Shown here: piece by piece, positions 1-9,207 of the stretch
How positions within the stretch are numbered: position 1 is the first letter of the stretch
Layout of the letters: the number at the start of each line of letters is the position of its first letter
Assembly (NCBI GenBank): GCA_964395085.1
Contig: CAYNAN010000005.1
Location: forward strand, 143-64,142
DNA: 64,000 bases
Source: an uncultured Synergistaceae bacterium
Lineage (GTDB): Bacteria; Synergistota; Synergistia; Synergistales; Dethiosulfovibrionaceae
Reading direction: 5' to 3'
Position numbers and translations under genes: made by a program
The notes under the pieces: model-generated
The model's database searches: none
Told to the model about the DNA's origin: nothing
The model's input: only the letters and a program-made list of their open reading frames with translations

Positions 1-1736
1 CCAATCCCCTCTATGCAGCCTAGCTCGTCCAGGGTTCGAGGCATGCTTTGGGCCATCTCCAACAGGGTAGAATCATGAAATATAACGTAGGCAGGGACTC
101 CCTGGGCCTTTGCTAGCTCCATTCTCTTGGCCCTCAAAGCATCCCAGAGAGACTCATCGGCAATGACCGACTTTTCCTTGGTTTTGCTCTCAACCCTCGA
201 ACTATGGCTTTTTTCTGGGTCGAACCTGAAGTAGACGGACCTCTCTCCCTTTAGGACTGGCTTGCTCTCCCTGCACAGCCTAAGGCCACCGTAGCCCTGA
301 GGATCCAGCATAACTAACCCCAAGGCCAGAAGCTGCCTGAAGACGGACCTCCAACGTTTTTCGTCCATCTCCTTGCCTATGCCAAAGGTCGATACCCTAT
401 CATGCCCGGCCTCGATAACCTTGGGGGTGTTCTTTCCCAAAAGAACGTCTATCAAATGCCCCGCTCCGTAGGTCTGTCCAGTCCTGTAGACACAGGACAG
501 GGCCTTTTGGGCCTGTATGGTCCCATCCCATGTGGAGACAGGGGTATTACAGGTGTCGCAGTTTCCGCACGGAACTGTGCAGCTATCCCCAAAAAAGGAC
601 AGCAGCGTCCTCCGTCGACATTCGGTGGTCTCGCAGTAGCCCAGCATTACGTCCAGGTTCTGACGGTTTATCGTCTTAAAGGCCCGATCCCCATCGGACA
701 TCTCTATGAGCCTTAGCTGCCCCGTAACATCGGCCATGCCGTAGGCCATCCAAGCATCCGCAGGAAGGCCATCCCTTCCTGCACGACCGGTCTCCTGATA
801 GTAGGCGGCGAGGCTTTTAGGCATATCCAGATGGGCCACAAATCTGACGTCTGGCTTGTCTATCCCCATTCCGAAGGCGATGGTGGCAACGATGACAACT
901 CCATCCTCCTCCTGAAAAATCCTCTGATACTCCCTCCTTGTGTCGCCGTCCATGCCGCCGTGATAGGCCATGGCGTTTACCCCCTGGGAAGAAAGCCACT
1001 CAGCGGTATCCTCGGTTTTCTTTCTGGTCATGCAGTAAACTATCCCCGAATGTCCGGCGTGTTTTTCCCTTATGAACGCCAACAACTGGCGACGAGGGTT
1101 GTCCTTTAGGACTACCTGGTATTTTATGTTGGGTCTATCGAAACCGGACACAAAGAGCTTTCCTCTGGAGAGGTCCAGCCTGGATATTATCTCTTTTCTG
1201 GTTATCTCATCGGCGGTAGCGGTTACAGCTATTCTTGGTACGTCGGGAAAGAGCCGCCCCAACGCTCCGAGCCTGAGGTATTCGGGACGAAAGTCGTGCC
1301 CCCACTGAGAGACGCAGTGGGCTTCGTCTATGGCTATGACCGAGAGCTTCAGTCGCGAGAGGAAATCGATAAATCTCTCCTTCATAACCCTCTCTGGAGC
1401 CACGTAGAGTACGTCCAATTCACCTCTGAGAGCAGCTCGGGACACGGTGAGGAAGCCCTCGTAATCCATGGTAGAGTTCATATAGGAGGCCCTAACCCCG
1501 TTCTGTCTCAGGGCCTTCACCTGATCCTCCATGAGAGCTATAAGAGGGGATACCACCAACCCCATGCCAGGACGAGCCAAGGCTGGGATCTGATAGCACA
1601 GGGACTTCCCCCCTCCTGTAGGCATGAGGACGAGACAATCCCCTCCTGACATAACGTGCTCTATCGCCTGACCCTGCTGTAACCGAAACCCATCGTAACC
1701 AAAAACTCTGCGCAGAATATCCAAAGGGCTATCCAC
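1..1736 (-). CDS. recQ: ATP-dependent DNA helicase RecQ (C-terminus runs off the left edge)
   Basis: My own minus-strand translation from GTG at 1734-1736 (AGGAGG 7 nt upstream) gives VDSPLDILRRVFGYDGFRLQQGQAIEHVMSGGDCLVLMPTGGGKSLCYQ (Walker A). It also gives IAIDEAHCVSQWGHDFRPEY (DEAH box), VTATA, the Zn-binding CRRRTLLSFFGD..CGNCDTC and the start of the HRDC region (AKAQGVPAYVIFHDSTLLEMA). It is not in the ORF track because it is truncated by the window edge. Confidence 0.92.
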   Translation of the reverse strand, partial: MDSPLDILRRVFGYDGFRLQQGQAIEHVMSGGDCLVLMPTGGGKSLCYQIPALARPGMGLVVSPLIALMEDQVKALRQNGVRASYMNSTMDYEGFLTVSRAALRGELDVLYVAPERVMKERFIDFLSRLKLSVIAIDEAHCVSQWGHDFRPEYLRLGALGRLFPDVPRIAVTATADEITRKEIISRLDLSRGKLFVSGFDRPNIKYQVVLKDNPRRQLLAFIREKHAGHSGIVYCMTRKKTEDTAEWLSSQGVNAMAYHGGMDGDTRREYQRIFQEEDGVVIVATIAFGMGIDKPDVRFVAHLDMPKSLAAYYQETGRAGRDGLPADAWMAYGMADVTGQLRLIEMSDGDRAFKTINRQNLDVMLGYCETTECRRRTLLSFFGDSCTVPCGNCDTCNTPVSTWDGTIQAQKALSCVYRTGQTYGAGHLIDVLLGKNTPKVIEAGHDRVSTFGIGKEMDEKRWRSVFRQLLALGLVMLDPQGYGGLRLCRESKPVLKGERSVYFRFDPEKSHSSRVESKTKEKSVIADESLWDALRAKRMELAKAQGVPAYVIFHDSTLLEMAQSMPRTLDELGCIEGI

Positions 1737-1762
1737 GACCAGCCTCCTAACCTTAAAACATG

Positions 1763-1792
1763 AAAAAAAGCGAGACCCTCGTGGGATCTCGC
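1763..1792 (-). terminator. Rho-independent terminator after the tRNA operon
   Basis: The minus strand reads GCGAGATCCCACGAGGGTCTCGC followed by TTTTTTT, immediately downstream of tRNA-Arg and just upstream of the recQ RBS. Confidence 0.65.
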
Positions 1793-1803
1793 TTGATTGA
1801 CAG

Positions 1804-1880
1804 TGGCGCGCCGGGCAGGATTCGAACCCACGACCTTCTGGTCCGTAGCCAGACGCTCTATCCAGCTGAGCTACCGGCGC
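1804..1880 (-). tRNA. tRNA-Arg (anticodon ACG), CCA encoded
   Basis: The reverse complement is GCGCCGGTAGCTCAGCTGGATAGAGCGTCTGGCTACGGACCAGAAGGTCGTGGGTTCGAATCCTGCCCGGCGCGCCA. The acceptor stem is GCGCCGG/CCGGCGC, the D arm GCTC/GAGC, the anticodon stem TCTGG/CCAGA with loop CTACGGA, and the T loop TTCGAAT. Confidence 0.93.
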
Positions 1881-1887
1881 ACTATCG

Positions 1888-1977
1888 GTGGCGGAGAGAG
1901 AGGGATTTGAACCCTCGGACCCGGAACGGGTCACGCACTTAGCAGGCGCGCGCCTTCGACCACTCGGCCATCTCTCC
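1888..1977 (-). tRNA. tRNA-Ser (anticodon GCT), long variable arm, CCA encoded
   Basis: The reverse complement is GGAGAGATGGCCGAGTGGTCGAAGGCGCGCGCCTGCTAAGTGCGTGACCCGTTCCGGGTCCGAGGGTTCAAATCCCTCTCTCTCCGCCA. The acceptor stem is GGAGAGA/TCTCTCC, the anticodon loop CTGCTAA, there is a class II variable arm, and the T loop is TTCAAAT. Confidence 0.93.
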
Positions 1978-1991
1978 ACGCAACGGAGCAT

Positions 1992-2020
1992 ATTCTACAT
2001 AGTAAGCCCCGATCTGTCAA
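1992..2020 (-). promoter_or_regulatory. Sigma-70-type promoter of the tRNA-Ser/tRNA-Arg operon
   Basis: The minus strand carries TTGACA (2015-2020), an exact 17-nt spacer and TAGAAT (1992-1997). The -10 element lies 14 nt upstream of the first tRNA-Ser nucleotide. Confidence 0.6.
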
Positions 2021-2062
2021 GTAAAACCGCCCAAATCAGGGCTAGTGTTTCAGATGGGACAC

Positions 2063-3142
2063 CTAGGGCTCTCGTTTCATCTTATCTATTGCTTCCCACA
2101 GACCGTTTAGATAGGTGATCCCCAAAGCTCGATCATATAGGCCGTAGCCTGGCCGTCCCACCTCGTTCCAGATCATCCTACCGTGATCCGGCCGTATGTA
2201 GGCGTCCTTCGCGGTTTCGTATATAGCCAGCATGATCTCGAACATATCCAAAGAACCGTCGGAAGAAAGGTGAGACGCCTCCCTGAATCTCCTATACCCC
2301 AGGTGCTTAACGTTACGGACGTGAACACAGCCGATTCGTCCAATCTCGCCAAAGTGGCGGATGATCCCCGGTATGTCGTTATCTGGGTTGGATCCCAGGG
2401 ATCCCGTGCAGAGACAGAGAGAGTGAGCAGGGCTGTCGTATAGGCCTAATATAGAGTCGAACTGCTCTCTGGAGTGAGCTATCCTGGGTAAGCCGAAGAT
2501 AGGCCAGGCAGGGTCGTCCGGGTGAACCGCGAGCTTTACCCCACATTTTTCGCAGGTGGGGATAACCCTTTGAAGGAAGTGACGATAATTCTCCCTGAGA
2601 CGATCCTCAGAGACTCCTTTGTACATTTCAAGCACCGATTCAAGCTCACTGAGCCTCTCGGGCTCCCAACCAGGGAGCCTGAAACCGTTGCTCCCCTTCT
2701 CGGTGTTTTTAACGATCTCCAAAGGGGTCATGCCCTCAAGCTCTCCCTCGTCGTAGTATAGGGAGGAAGAGCCATCCTCAGGGATCAGCCGGGCCATATC
2801 GGTCCGAAGCCAGTCGAAAACCGGCATAAAGTTATAGACGATAACCTTCACCCCACACCTAGAGAGGTTTTCCACCGTCTTTACGTAATTGTCGATGTAC
2901 TCTTCTCTGGAGGGAAGGCCCAGCTTTATATCCTCATGGACGTTGACGCTCTCGATAACCTCGACCTCCAGGCCCCTTGAGTTGACGTTATCGGCATAAC
3001 TCCGAAACTCCCCTTCCTCCCAGACTACCCCTGCGGGCTTCTCCAGAAGGCCCATGATGCCGCTACAGCCTGGAATCTGCCTGATCTGTTCAAGTGTGAT
3101 GTTATCGTTTCCCTCGCCGTACCATCGGAAGGTCATCTTCAT
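2063..3142 (-). CDS. uxuA: Mannonate dehydratase
   Basis: The 359-aa ORF has an N-terminus [25 protein letters not shown] that is characteristic of UxuA. It is the last gene of the hexuronate operon. Confidence 0.9.
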   Translation of the reverse strand: MKMTFRWYGEGNDNITLEQIRQIPGCSGIMGLLEKPAGVVWEEGEFRSYADNVNSRGLEVEVIESVNVHEDIKLGLPSREEYIDNYVKTVENLSRCGVKVIVYNFMPVFDWLRTDMARLIPEDGSSSLYYDEGELEGMTPLEIVKNTEKGSNGFRLPGWEPERLSELESVLEMYKGVSEDRLRENYRHFLQRVIPTCEKCGVKLAVHPDDPAWPIFGLPRIAHSREQFDSILGLYDSPAHSLCLCTGSLGSNPDNDIPGIIRHFGEIGRIGCVHVRNVKHLGYRRFREASHLSSDGSLDMFEIMLAIYETAKDAYIRPDHGRMIWNEVGRPGYGLYDRALGITYLNGLWEAIDKMKREP

Positions 3143-3145
3143 CTT

Positions 3146-4774
3146 CTATCGCTCCTCTGCTGTGAGCCTTTCCAAGGTCCGCCGAACAGCCCCAGGACCC
3201 TCCACCATGCTCATAAAATACCCCTCTATCTTAGGGGCTATGCCAACCTCGTAGAGGTCGGAGCCGAAAAGCCTCCGATTGCTCAAGATTGGCCTCAAGA
3301 ATTCCTTAGAGACCACTCCGCCTAAAACGACTCCATCTAGATATCCTAGCAGTTCAGACATAAGTGGATCGGGGCTCAGAGACATCGGATCCCCTTTATC
3401 ATCGACGCCTAGCAGATAGCGACACCATCCGGCGATAACGAATGGTATGGCCTCCAGTGAGGACACGTCCAAGCCGTCTCTTTCTTGATATCGCTTTAAA
3501 GTCTCGCCGTATCTAATAGACATCTTCTGTGAAGTATCGGTGGCTATCCTCTGAGGGGTATCAGGTATGTAGGGGTTGGGAAAACGCTCATCCAACACCT
3601 CCCTCAAAAACTCTGCGGGGACAAATATGCCCGGATCCGCCACCACAGGCATACCCTCTTTATACCCGATCATCTTCACCAACTTGGTCAAGGATGGATC
3701 CTCCATCTCACTGGCGATGGAGTTATATCCCAGCAGACATCCGAAAATAGCCAAAGCCGTATGTAGGGGGTTGAGGCAGGTACAGACCTTCATCCTCTCC
3801 ACTAAGTCCACCTTTTCTCTAGAGGTAAAGCGAACTCCCACCTTTTCCAGAGGAGGCCTGCCGTTGGGGAAGCCATCCTCTATCACCAGATACTGAGGCC
3901 CTTCGGTGTTGACAAAGGGGGCTATATAGGTGTGTTTATCGGTTATCACCAAATCTGTGTCCGTAAAGCCCAGTTCGTTGAGCCTCTTGGCCACTCCATC
4001 GTCCGGCCTTGGCGTGATTTTGTCGATCATGGACCAGGGGAAGGATACCTTTTGAGGGTTCTCTATATAGTCCACGAAATCGTGGTCTACAAAACCTCGT
4101 TTTTCCCATTCTCTGGCAAAGGTCACGATGGAGTCAAATAGCTTATCCCCGTTATGGGAGAAGTTATCCATGCTCACCATGGCGACAGGACAGGCCCCTG
4201 CAGTGAAGCGATGGTACAGGAGGGCTGCGATTATCGCCATGCCGTTTTTGGGGATACGATCAAGACAGCCTAGAGAAAAATCCTCCATAACATCTGGATA
4301 ATAAGCTCCAGACATATCCTGAACGTGATAGCCCTTCTCCGTGACCGTGAAGCTCACTATCTGTAACCCCGAATCTCGGAAGACCTCTTTGGCGCGTTCC
4401 CATTCGGTTTCATGGGATTCGTCCGCCCGAAGGACCTCTCCGACGGAGGCCACCACCCTTTTATCCAGTTGGCCCCCTGGGCGCATGATGATCTGGAGGG
4501 CAAGGTTATCGTGGGGCTCGTAAATATCCGAGATAACCTGGTGATCGAAAGTGGATAGAACTGTAATGCCTGAGGACATTTCCCCATCGTCCAAAAGATC
4601 CTGGGCCAGTACGGCTATATACCCCCTGAAGATATTTCCTGCCCCAACGTGGACCCATCGAGGGTACGCTTTTGTGTGAGCGACCACGCTCTCCACGTCC
4701 AACTCAGGAAGCCTTATACCGGCGTTTTCCCAGGGGGAAGGGTCTTTTATATCGTCTAGATTTAGTCGAAGCAC
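3146..4774 (-). CDS. uxuB: Mannitol dehydrogenase-family oxidoreductase, probable fructuronate reductase (D-mannonate oxidoreductase)
   Basis: The 542-aa ORF has a Rossmann N-terminus VHVGAGNIFRGYI and long-chain mannitol-dehydrogenase architecture. It sits immediately upstream of uxuA. Confidence 0.75.
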   Translation of the reverse strand: MLRLNLDDIKDPSPWENAGIRLPELDVESVVAHTKAYPRWVHVGAGNIFRGYIAVLAQDLLDDGEMSSGITVLSTFDHQVISDIYEPHDNLALQIIMRPGGQLDKRVVASVGEVLRADESHETEWERAKEVFRDSGLQIVSFTVTEKGYHVQDMSGAYYPDVMEDFSLGCLDRIPKNGMAIIAALLYHRFTAGACPVAMVSMDNFSHNGDKLFDSIVTFAREWEKRGFVDHDFVDYIENPQKVSFPWSMIDKITPRPDDGVAKRLNELGFTDTDLVITDKHTYIAPFVNTEGPQYLVIEDGFPNGRPPLEKVGVRFTSREKVDLVERMKVCTCLNPLHTALAIFGCLLGYNSIASEMEDPSLTKLVKMIGYKEGMPVVADPGIFVPAEFLREVLDERFPNPYIPDTPQRIATDTSQKMSIRYGETLKRYQERDGLDVSSLEAIPFVIAGWCRYLLGVDDKGDPMSLSPDPLMSELLGYLDGVVLGGVVSKEFLRPILSNRRLFGSDLYEVGIAPKIEGYFMSMVEGPGAVRRTLERLTAEER

Positions 4775-4807
4775 TTTAACTTCCTCCTATCGCTTGACCG
4801 ATGATCG

Positions 4808-6112
4808 TCAGCGGACCATCCCTAAAATTCGAGGTAGCCAAAGACATATGTCGGGGATGTAGGTTATGAACATAAGAACCACGATCATGGTCGCGTAGAA
4901 GGGAATCATGGTCTTTGACAGCTCCTCTATCCTGCACTTTCCAAGAGCACACCCCACAAAGAGAGTGCTACCCACCGGAGGGGTCAGCAAACCTATCGAG
5001 AGGTTTAGCATAAGGACTATGCCGAAATGAATCGGGCTCATCCCGATCATCTTGACCACCGGCAGGAGTATGGGCGTGGTTATAAGGATAAGAGGGGCCA
5101 TGTCCATGATACAGCCCAGCATGAGCAGAAGGGCGTTGACCACGAGAAGGATGACGTACTTGTTCTCCGATATGGACATGAGCGCCGAGGCGGCCAGACT
5201 AGGTATCTTTAGATAGGCGAGCATCCAGCCGAAGGCGCTGGACGTGGCGATCAACCCAAGGACTATAGCCAGCGTTCCGAGGGATCTTTTCAGCATAATG
5301 GGAAAACTTGAGAGAGGAACGTCCCGATAAACGAAGAAAGTGACTATAAATGCGTATAGAACCGCGACCGCAGCTGCTTCAGTAGCGGTATAAAGCCCCG
5401 TGCATACCCCTCCCACCACTATGACGAACGTAAAAAGCCCCAAGAAGGATTTCTTAAAAGCCGTCCATTTCTCAGCGCCAGAAAACCTGTCGCTGGTAGG
5501 ATAGTCCCTCTTGACAGCGATCCAATAGGTTATGCCCATCAGGACTAGACCTAAGAAGATACCAGGTATGAGTCCTGCCATAAACAGGGTCGCGACTGAT
5601 ACCCCTGACCCTGCCACCAGTGAATAGATAATCATGTTATGGCTCGGGGGGACCAAAATACCTATGGTGGAGCTGGAGATAGTAACAGCCACAGAGTAAT
5701 CTGGATCGTACCCCTTTTTGTTCATCATAGGGATCATGATGGCCCCGATAGAGGACGTGTCCGCCACGGAAGAGCCAGAGATACCACCGAAGAACATGGA
5801 GGCCAGGATATTGACGAGCCCAAGGCCGCCTTTAACCTGACCCACGCAGGCGTTTGAGAAATTGATAAGCCTTATCCCGATGGAGCCAAGGCTCATTATC
5901 TCGCCTGCCAGGATGAAAAAGGGGATAGCCATGAGGGAGAAAGAGTTTATCCCTCTCACCATGCCCTGAGCTACCATAGCGAGGGGGATATTGAGATAAA
6001 TAGCGGTGATAACCGAGGAGATGCCCAGACAGAACGCGATGGGAATCCTCAGGATCATCAAAGTGAAAAAAGATCCCAGGAGCATCGATATAGCTACAAC
6101 GTTTGGCTCCAT
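4808..6112 (-). CDS. dctM: TRAP transporter large permease (DctM family)
   Basis: The 434-aa polytopic membrane protein has typical DctM length and sequence. It follows the dctQ and dctP genes. Confidence 0.9.
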   Translation of the reverse strand: MEPNVVAISMLLGSFFTLMILRIPIAFCLGISSVITAIYLNIPLAMVAQGMVRGINSFSLMAIPFFILAGEIMSLGSIGIRLINFSNACVGQVKGGLGLVNILASMFFGGISGSSVADTSSIGAIMIPMMNKKGYDPDYSVAVTISSSTIGILVPPSHNMIIYSLVAGSGVSVATLFMAGLIPGIFLGLVLMGITYWIAVKRDYPTSDRFSGAEKWTAFKKSFLGLFTFVIVVGGVCTGLYTATEAAAVAVLYAFIVTFFVYRDVPLSSFPIMLKRSLGTLAIVLGLIATSSAFGWMLAYLKIPSLAASALMSISENKYVILLVVNALLLMLGCIMDMAPLILITTPILLPVVKMIGMSPIHFGIVLMLNLSIGLLTPPVGSTLFVGCALGKCRIEELSKTMIPFYATMIVVLMFITYIPDICLWLPRILGMVR

Positions 6113-6114
6113 CT

Positions 6115-6609
6115 CTATCGTTCCTCTCTCAGAAGATCAAAAAATTGATGCAGGGAGTAGACGCATAGGGCAAAACCGCTGATGGGAACCACCGCATACA
6201 TGAAGGCGGAGGATATATATATCCCCGGAAGCTGATTAAGAAGCCCAATCTTAGTCAGGGCATACCCCTCTTTTAGCATGAAAAAACCAAAAGAAAAAAT
6301 TGCTGCTATTTTAAAAAAAGCTAGCCTTCTCGCCGCTTTTTTGGAGATGAATCCATCCAGTATTGTAATGGCTATATGTTGGTCATCTCTAACCCCAAGG
6401 GCGAGGCTCAAGAAGCCAAACCACACCATACACAGTAGCGCCCCAGACTCTCCCCAACCGGGGGTATAGCTGAAAAAATAGCGGGTCACCACGGTATAGT
6501 TGAGTAAAATCGTCATAAGGACGAGGAAGAACATGCCTCCGTGCTCCAAAATAGAGCTCAGAAAGGCGATCCCTTTATCGACAAACGCCCTTGAACCTTT
6601 TTCCTCCAC
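6115..6609 (-). CDS. dctQ: TRAP transporter small permease (DctQ family)
   Basis: The 164-aa protein has 4 predicted TM segments and lies 2 nt upstream of dctM. Confidence 0.85.
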   Translation of the reverse strand: MEEKGSRAFVDKGIAFLSSILEHGGMFFLVLMTILLNYTVVTRYFFSYTPGWGESGALLCMVWFGFLSLALGVRDDQHIAITILDGFISKKAARRLAFFKIAAIFSFGFFMLKEGYALTKIGLLNQLPGIYISSAFMYAVVPISGFALCVYSLHQFFDLLREER

Positions 6610-6631
6610 GATAACACCCCCTAGATGAGCT

Positions 6632-6652
6632 GCCGCCCCCTTAGGGGGCGGC
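6632..6652 (-). promoter_or_regulatory. Intercistronic GC-rich stem-loop between dctP and dctQ
   Basis: GCCGCCCCC-TTA-GGGGGCGGC forms a perfect 9-bp stem with no U-tract on the coding (minus) strand. Confidence 0.45.
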
Positions 6653-6669
6653 TGTTTAGCTAAAAAGAG

Positions 6670-7647
6670 TTATTTTGTCTCCTTGATCTTGGAGATCAGA
6701 TCCATAAACTCCTTACCGTAGGTCTCGTAAAGGGGCTGCATAGCGTTTTGGAACTCTGTGGTGTCGTGAATCTCGGTGATGGTATTCTTTCCCCCTGCCT
6801 CTATGGCCTTGATGGATTTATCAACGTATGATTGCCATGCGGCGATCTGAACAGGCTGGGATTTTCTTGCGGCCTCCCTTATTACCTTCTGGTCCTCTGG
6901 AGATATGCTGTCCCAGATTATCTTGGAAACTATGACGACCTCAGGGGTCATAGTATGTCTGTCCAGTGTGTAGTAGGGAGCGACTTCATAGTGAGAGGTC
7001 GAGTAATAGCTGGGCCAGTTGTTCTCCGCCCCGTCGATAACGCCGCTCTGTAGACCGGTATACACCTCTCCATAGGCCATGGGCGTGGGAGAAGCTCCGA
7101 GGGCGTTAACCATGTCCATCATTATCTTTGACTGCTGCACCCTTATCTTGAGCCCCTTCATATCGGCTGGGCTCTTGACCTCTCGTTTTGAGTTGTAGAA
7201 ACTCCTAGCCCCTGAGTCGTAATAGGCGAGCCCCACCATCTGAGCCTTCTCCATGCCTGCCAGTATCTCGTCCCCTATTGGCCCGTTGAGCACCGCCCAT
7301 TTGTGGTCGGAGTTGCGGAATATATAGGGAAGAGACAGGACCATCAGGGGTTTATAAAAATCCGAAAGAGGCTGTGCGTTCACCCTGGCAAAGGCCAAAG
7401 CTCCCATCTGGACTCCCTCTATAACCGATTTCTCGTCCCCTAGAACTCCTCCGGGCTGGACATCGATAACTATACGCCCATCGGTGGCTTCCTTTACGAG
7501 TCTGGCAAACTCCAGGTCGCCTAAGGTGGTGGGATAATCCGGTGGCTGATTTTCAGCCAATTTATAGACAGTAGCCGCATTCACAACGGAAGCAAAGGCC
7601 AAAACAGAAAGAGCCAAAGATATAGCTAAAACTTTCCTCATGATCAC
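6670..7647 (-). CDS. dctP: TRAP transporter substrate-binding protein (DctP family), probable hexuronate-binding
   Basis: The 325-aa ORF has an N-terminal signal peptide (MIMRKVLAISLALSVLAFASVVNA) and DctP-family sequence. It is embedded among uxa/uxu genes. Confidence 0.9.
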   Translation of the reverse strand: MIMRKVLAISLALSVLAFASVVNAATVYKLAENQPPDYPTTLGDLEFARLVKEATDGRIVIDVQPGGVLGDEKSVIEGVQMGALAFARVNAQPLSDFYKPLMVLSLPYIFRNSDHKWAVLNGPIGDEILAGMEKAQMVGLAYYDSGARSFYNSKREVKSPADMKGLKIRVQQSKIMMDMVNALGASPTPMAYGEVYTGLQSGVIDGAENNWPSYYSTSHYEVAPYYTLDRHTMTPEVVIVSKIIWDSISPEDQKVIREAARKSQPVQIAAWQSYVDKSIKAIEAGGKNTITEIHDTTEFQNAMQPLYETYGKEFMDLISKIKETK

Positions 7648-7777
7648 TCATGCACTCCTTTCAGATACTACATCACGATAAAGCTACCTGAAAAAACTCC
7701 GCAAACGATACGTTGGGACCACGATTCAGCACCTTTAGGCTACCACCCTCCTCTCACAAAAATCGACCATAAAACGA

Positions 7778-9184
7778 TTAATTTATTTTAAAATAACGTT
7801 GAGCATTGTTATAACAGATGTCCTGGACTATAGGCCCTAAAAGACCGTAATCCTGGGGAATCTCCCCTCTCTCGACCTGAGAACCGATAAAATCGCAAAG
7901 TATTCGTCTGAAATATTCGTGCCTTGGGTACGACAGGAAACTTCTAGAGTCGGTCAGCATCCCCACGAAGGGAGCCAACATGCCAACGCTTGAAAGGGCC
8001 TCCATCTGACGGATCATCCCGGCTTTATGATCGTTGAACCACCAAGCCGTACCGAACTGGATTTTGCCGGGCGTACGGCCGTCCATAAAGCTGGCTAGGA
8101 CGGAGGCGATGAGATCGTTGTCCTTGGGGTTAAGGGTATAGACGATCGTCCTAGCCAACCTTCCCACGGAATCGAGGCAGTCCAGAAGCCTTAGCAACTC
8201 CGGGCCTACGGTGAAATCTCCGATGGCGTCAAATCCTGTATCCGGCCCCAACGACTTAAACCATCGGGAGTTGGGGTTTCTCGACGCACCGAAGTGCAGC
8301 TGTTGAGCCCAGTCCGCCTCTGCATCCATGGAGAGAAGGTCGAAGAGAAGCTGGGATCGAAGGATGTCCAACTCATATCCGTCCAGGGACTCTCCGCCTC
8401 GAACCTTTAGGAAGGCCTGAATAACCTGTTCCATAGTTCGTGAGACAGCGTAGGGCTTTTCTATACCGTAATCGGAGATACGGCACCCCCTGGAGTGAAA
8501 GAATTCGTGCCTCTTTCGAAGGGCTTCCATAAAATCGTCGTACCCTCCGATGTCGATATCCGAGACCTTTGAAAGATTATCGACCCATACGTTCCACGCC
8601 TGAGGGTCTCCCGCGGCTAAAGCCTTGTCCGGTCTCCATGTAGGCAGAACGGTCGTTCCCCAATTCTCCTCCGCCAAAGCCCTGTGCTCCTCCAAGTCAT
8701 CGGTGGGATCGTCTGTAGTGCAGATGACCTTGACGTTGCTCTGAGAGACAAGGGAACGAACCCGCCCACCGTCCGAGCTCAGAAACTCGTTGCATCTGCA
8801 AAAGATAGCCTCCGCCGTGTTCTCGCACAACAGGTCATGCACGCCAAAGAAACGCTGTAACTCCAGGTGAGTCCAGTGGTAGACTGGGTTGCCTATCGCC
8901 TTGGATATCGTTCTCGCCCATGCCATGAACTTATCGATATCGCTGGCATCGCCGGTGATATAGCGTTCGTCTATCCCCATAGTTCGCATAAGACGCCATT
9001 TATAGTGATCCCCGCCGAGCCATACCTCGGAGATGCTCCTAAAAGCCCTGTTCTCCAGGATCTCTTTTATGGGTATATGAGAATGATAGTCAAAAATAGG
9101 CATATCCTTGGCGTATTCGTGGAAAAGGGTCTCCGCCGTGGAAGAGTTTAAGAGAAAGTTTTCGTCCATAAACGCCTTTGCCAT
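7778..9184 (-). CDS. uxaC: Glucuronate isomerase
   Basis: The 468-aa ORF has the N-terminus MAKAFMDENFLLNSSTAETLFHEYAKDMPIFDYHSH, which matches UxaC in sequence and length. Confidence 0.92.
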   Translation of the reverse strand: MAKAFMDENFLLNSSTAETLFHEYAKDMPIFDYHSHIPIKEILENRAFRSISEVWLGGDHYKWRLMRTMGIDERYITGDASDIDKFMAWARTISKAIGNPVYHWTHLELQRFFGVHDLLCENTAEAIFCRCNEFLSSDGGRVRSLVSQSNVKVICTTDDPTDDLEEHRALAEENWGTTVLPTWRPDKALAAGDPQAWNVWVDNLSKVSDIDIGGYDDFMEALRKRHEFFHSRGCRISDYGIEKPYAVSRTMEQVIQAFLKVRGGESLDGYELDILRSQLLFDLLSMDAEADWAQQLHFGASRNPNSRWFKSLGPDTGFDAIGDFTVGPELLRLLDCLDSVGRLARTIVYTLNPKDNDLIASVLASFMDGRTPGKIQFGTAWWFNDHKAGMIRQMEALSSVGMLAPFVGMLTDSRSFLSYPRHEYFRRILCDFIGSQVERGEIPQDYGLLGPIVQDICYNNAQRYFKIN

Positions 9185-9207
9185 ACCATAACCTCCTAAA
9201 GGTAGCT

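Noticed and set aside
402-1649. Several plus-strand ORFs of 60-117 aa.
   Set aside because: All lie antisense to the unmistakable recQ reading frame on the minus strand.
1760-2118. Plus-strand ORFs of 60 and 76 aa.
   Set aside because: They run across the two tRNA genes and their promoter and terminator, so they are artefacts.
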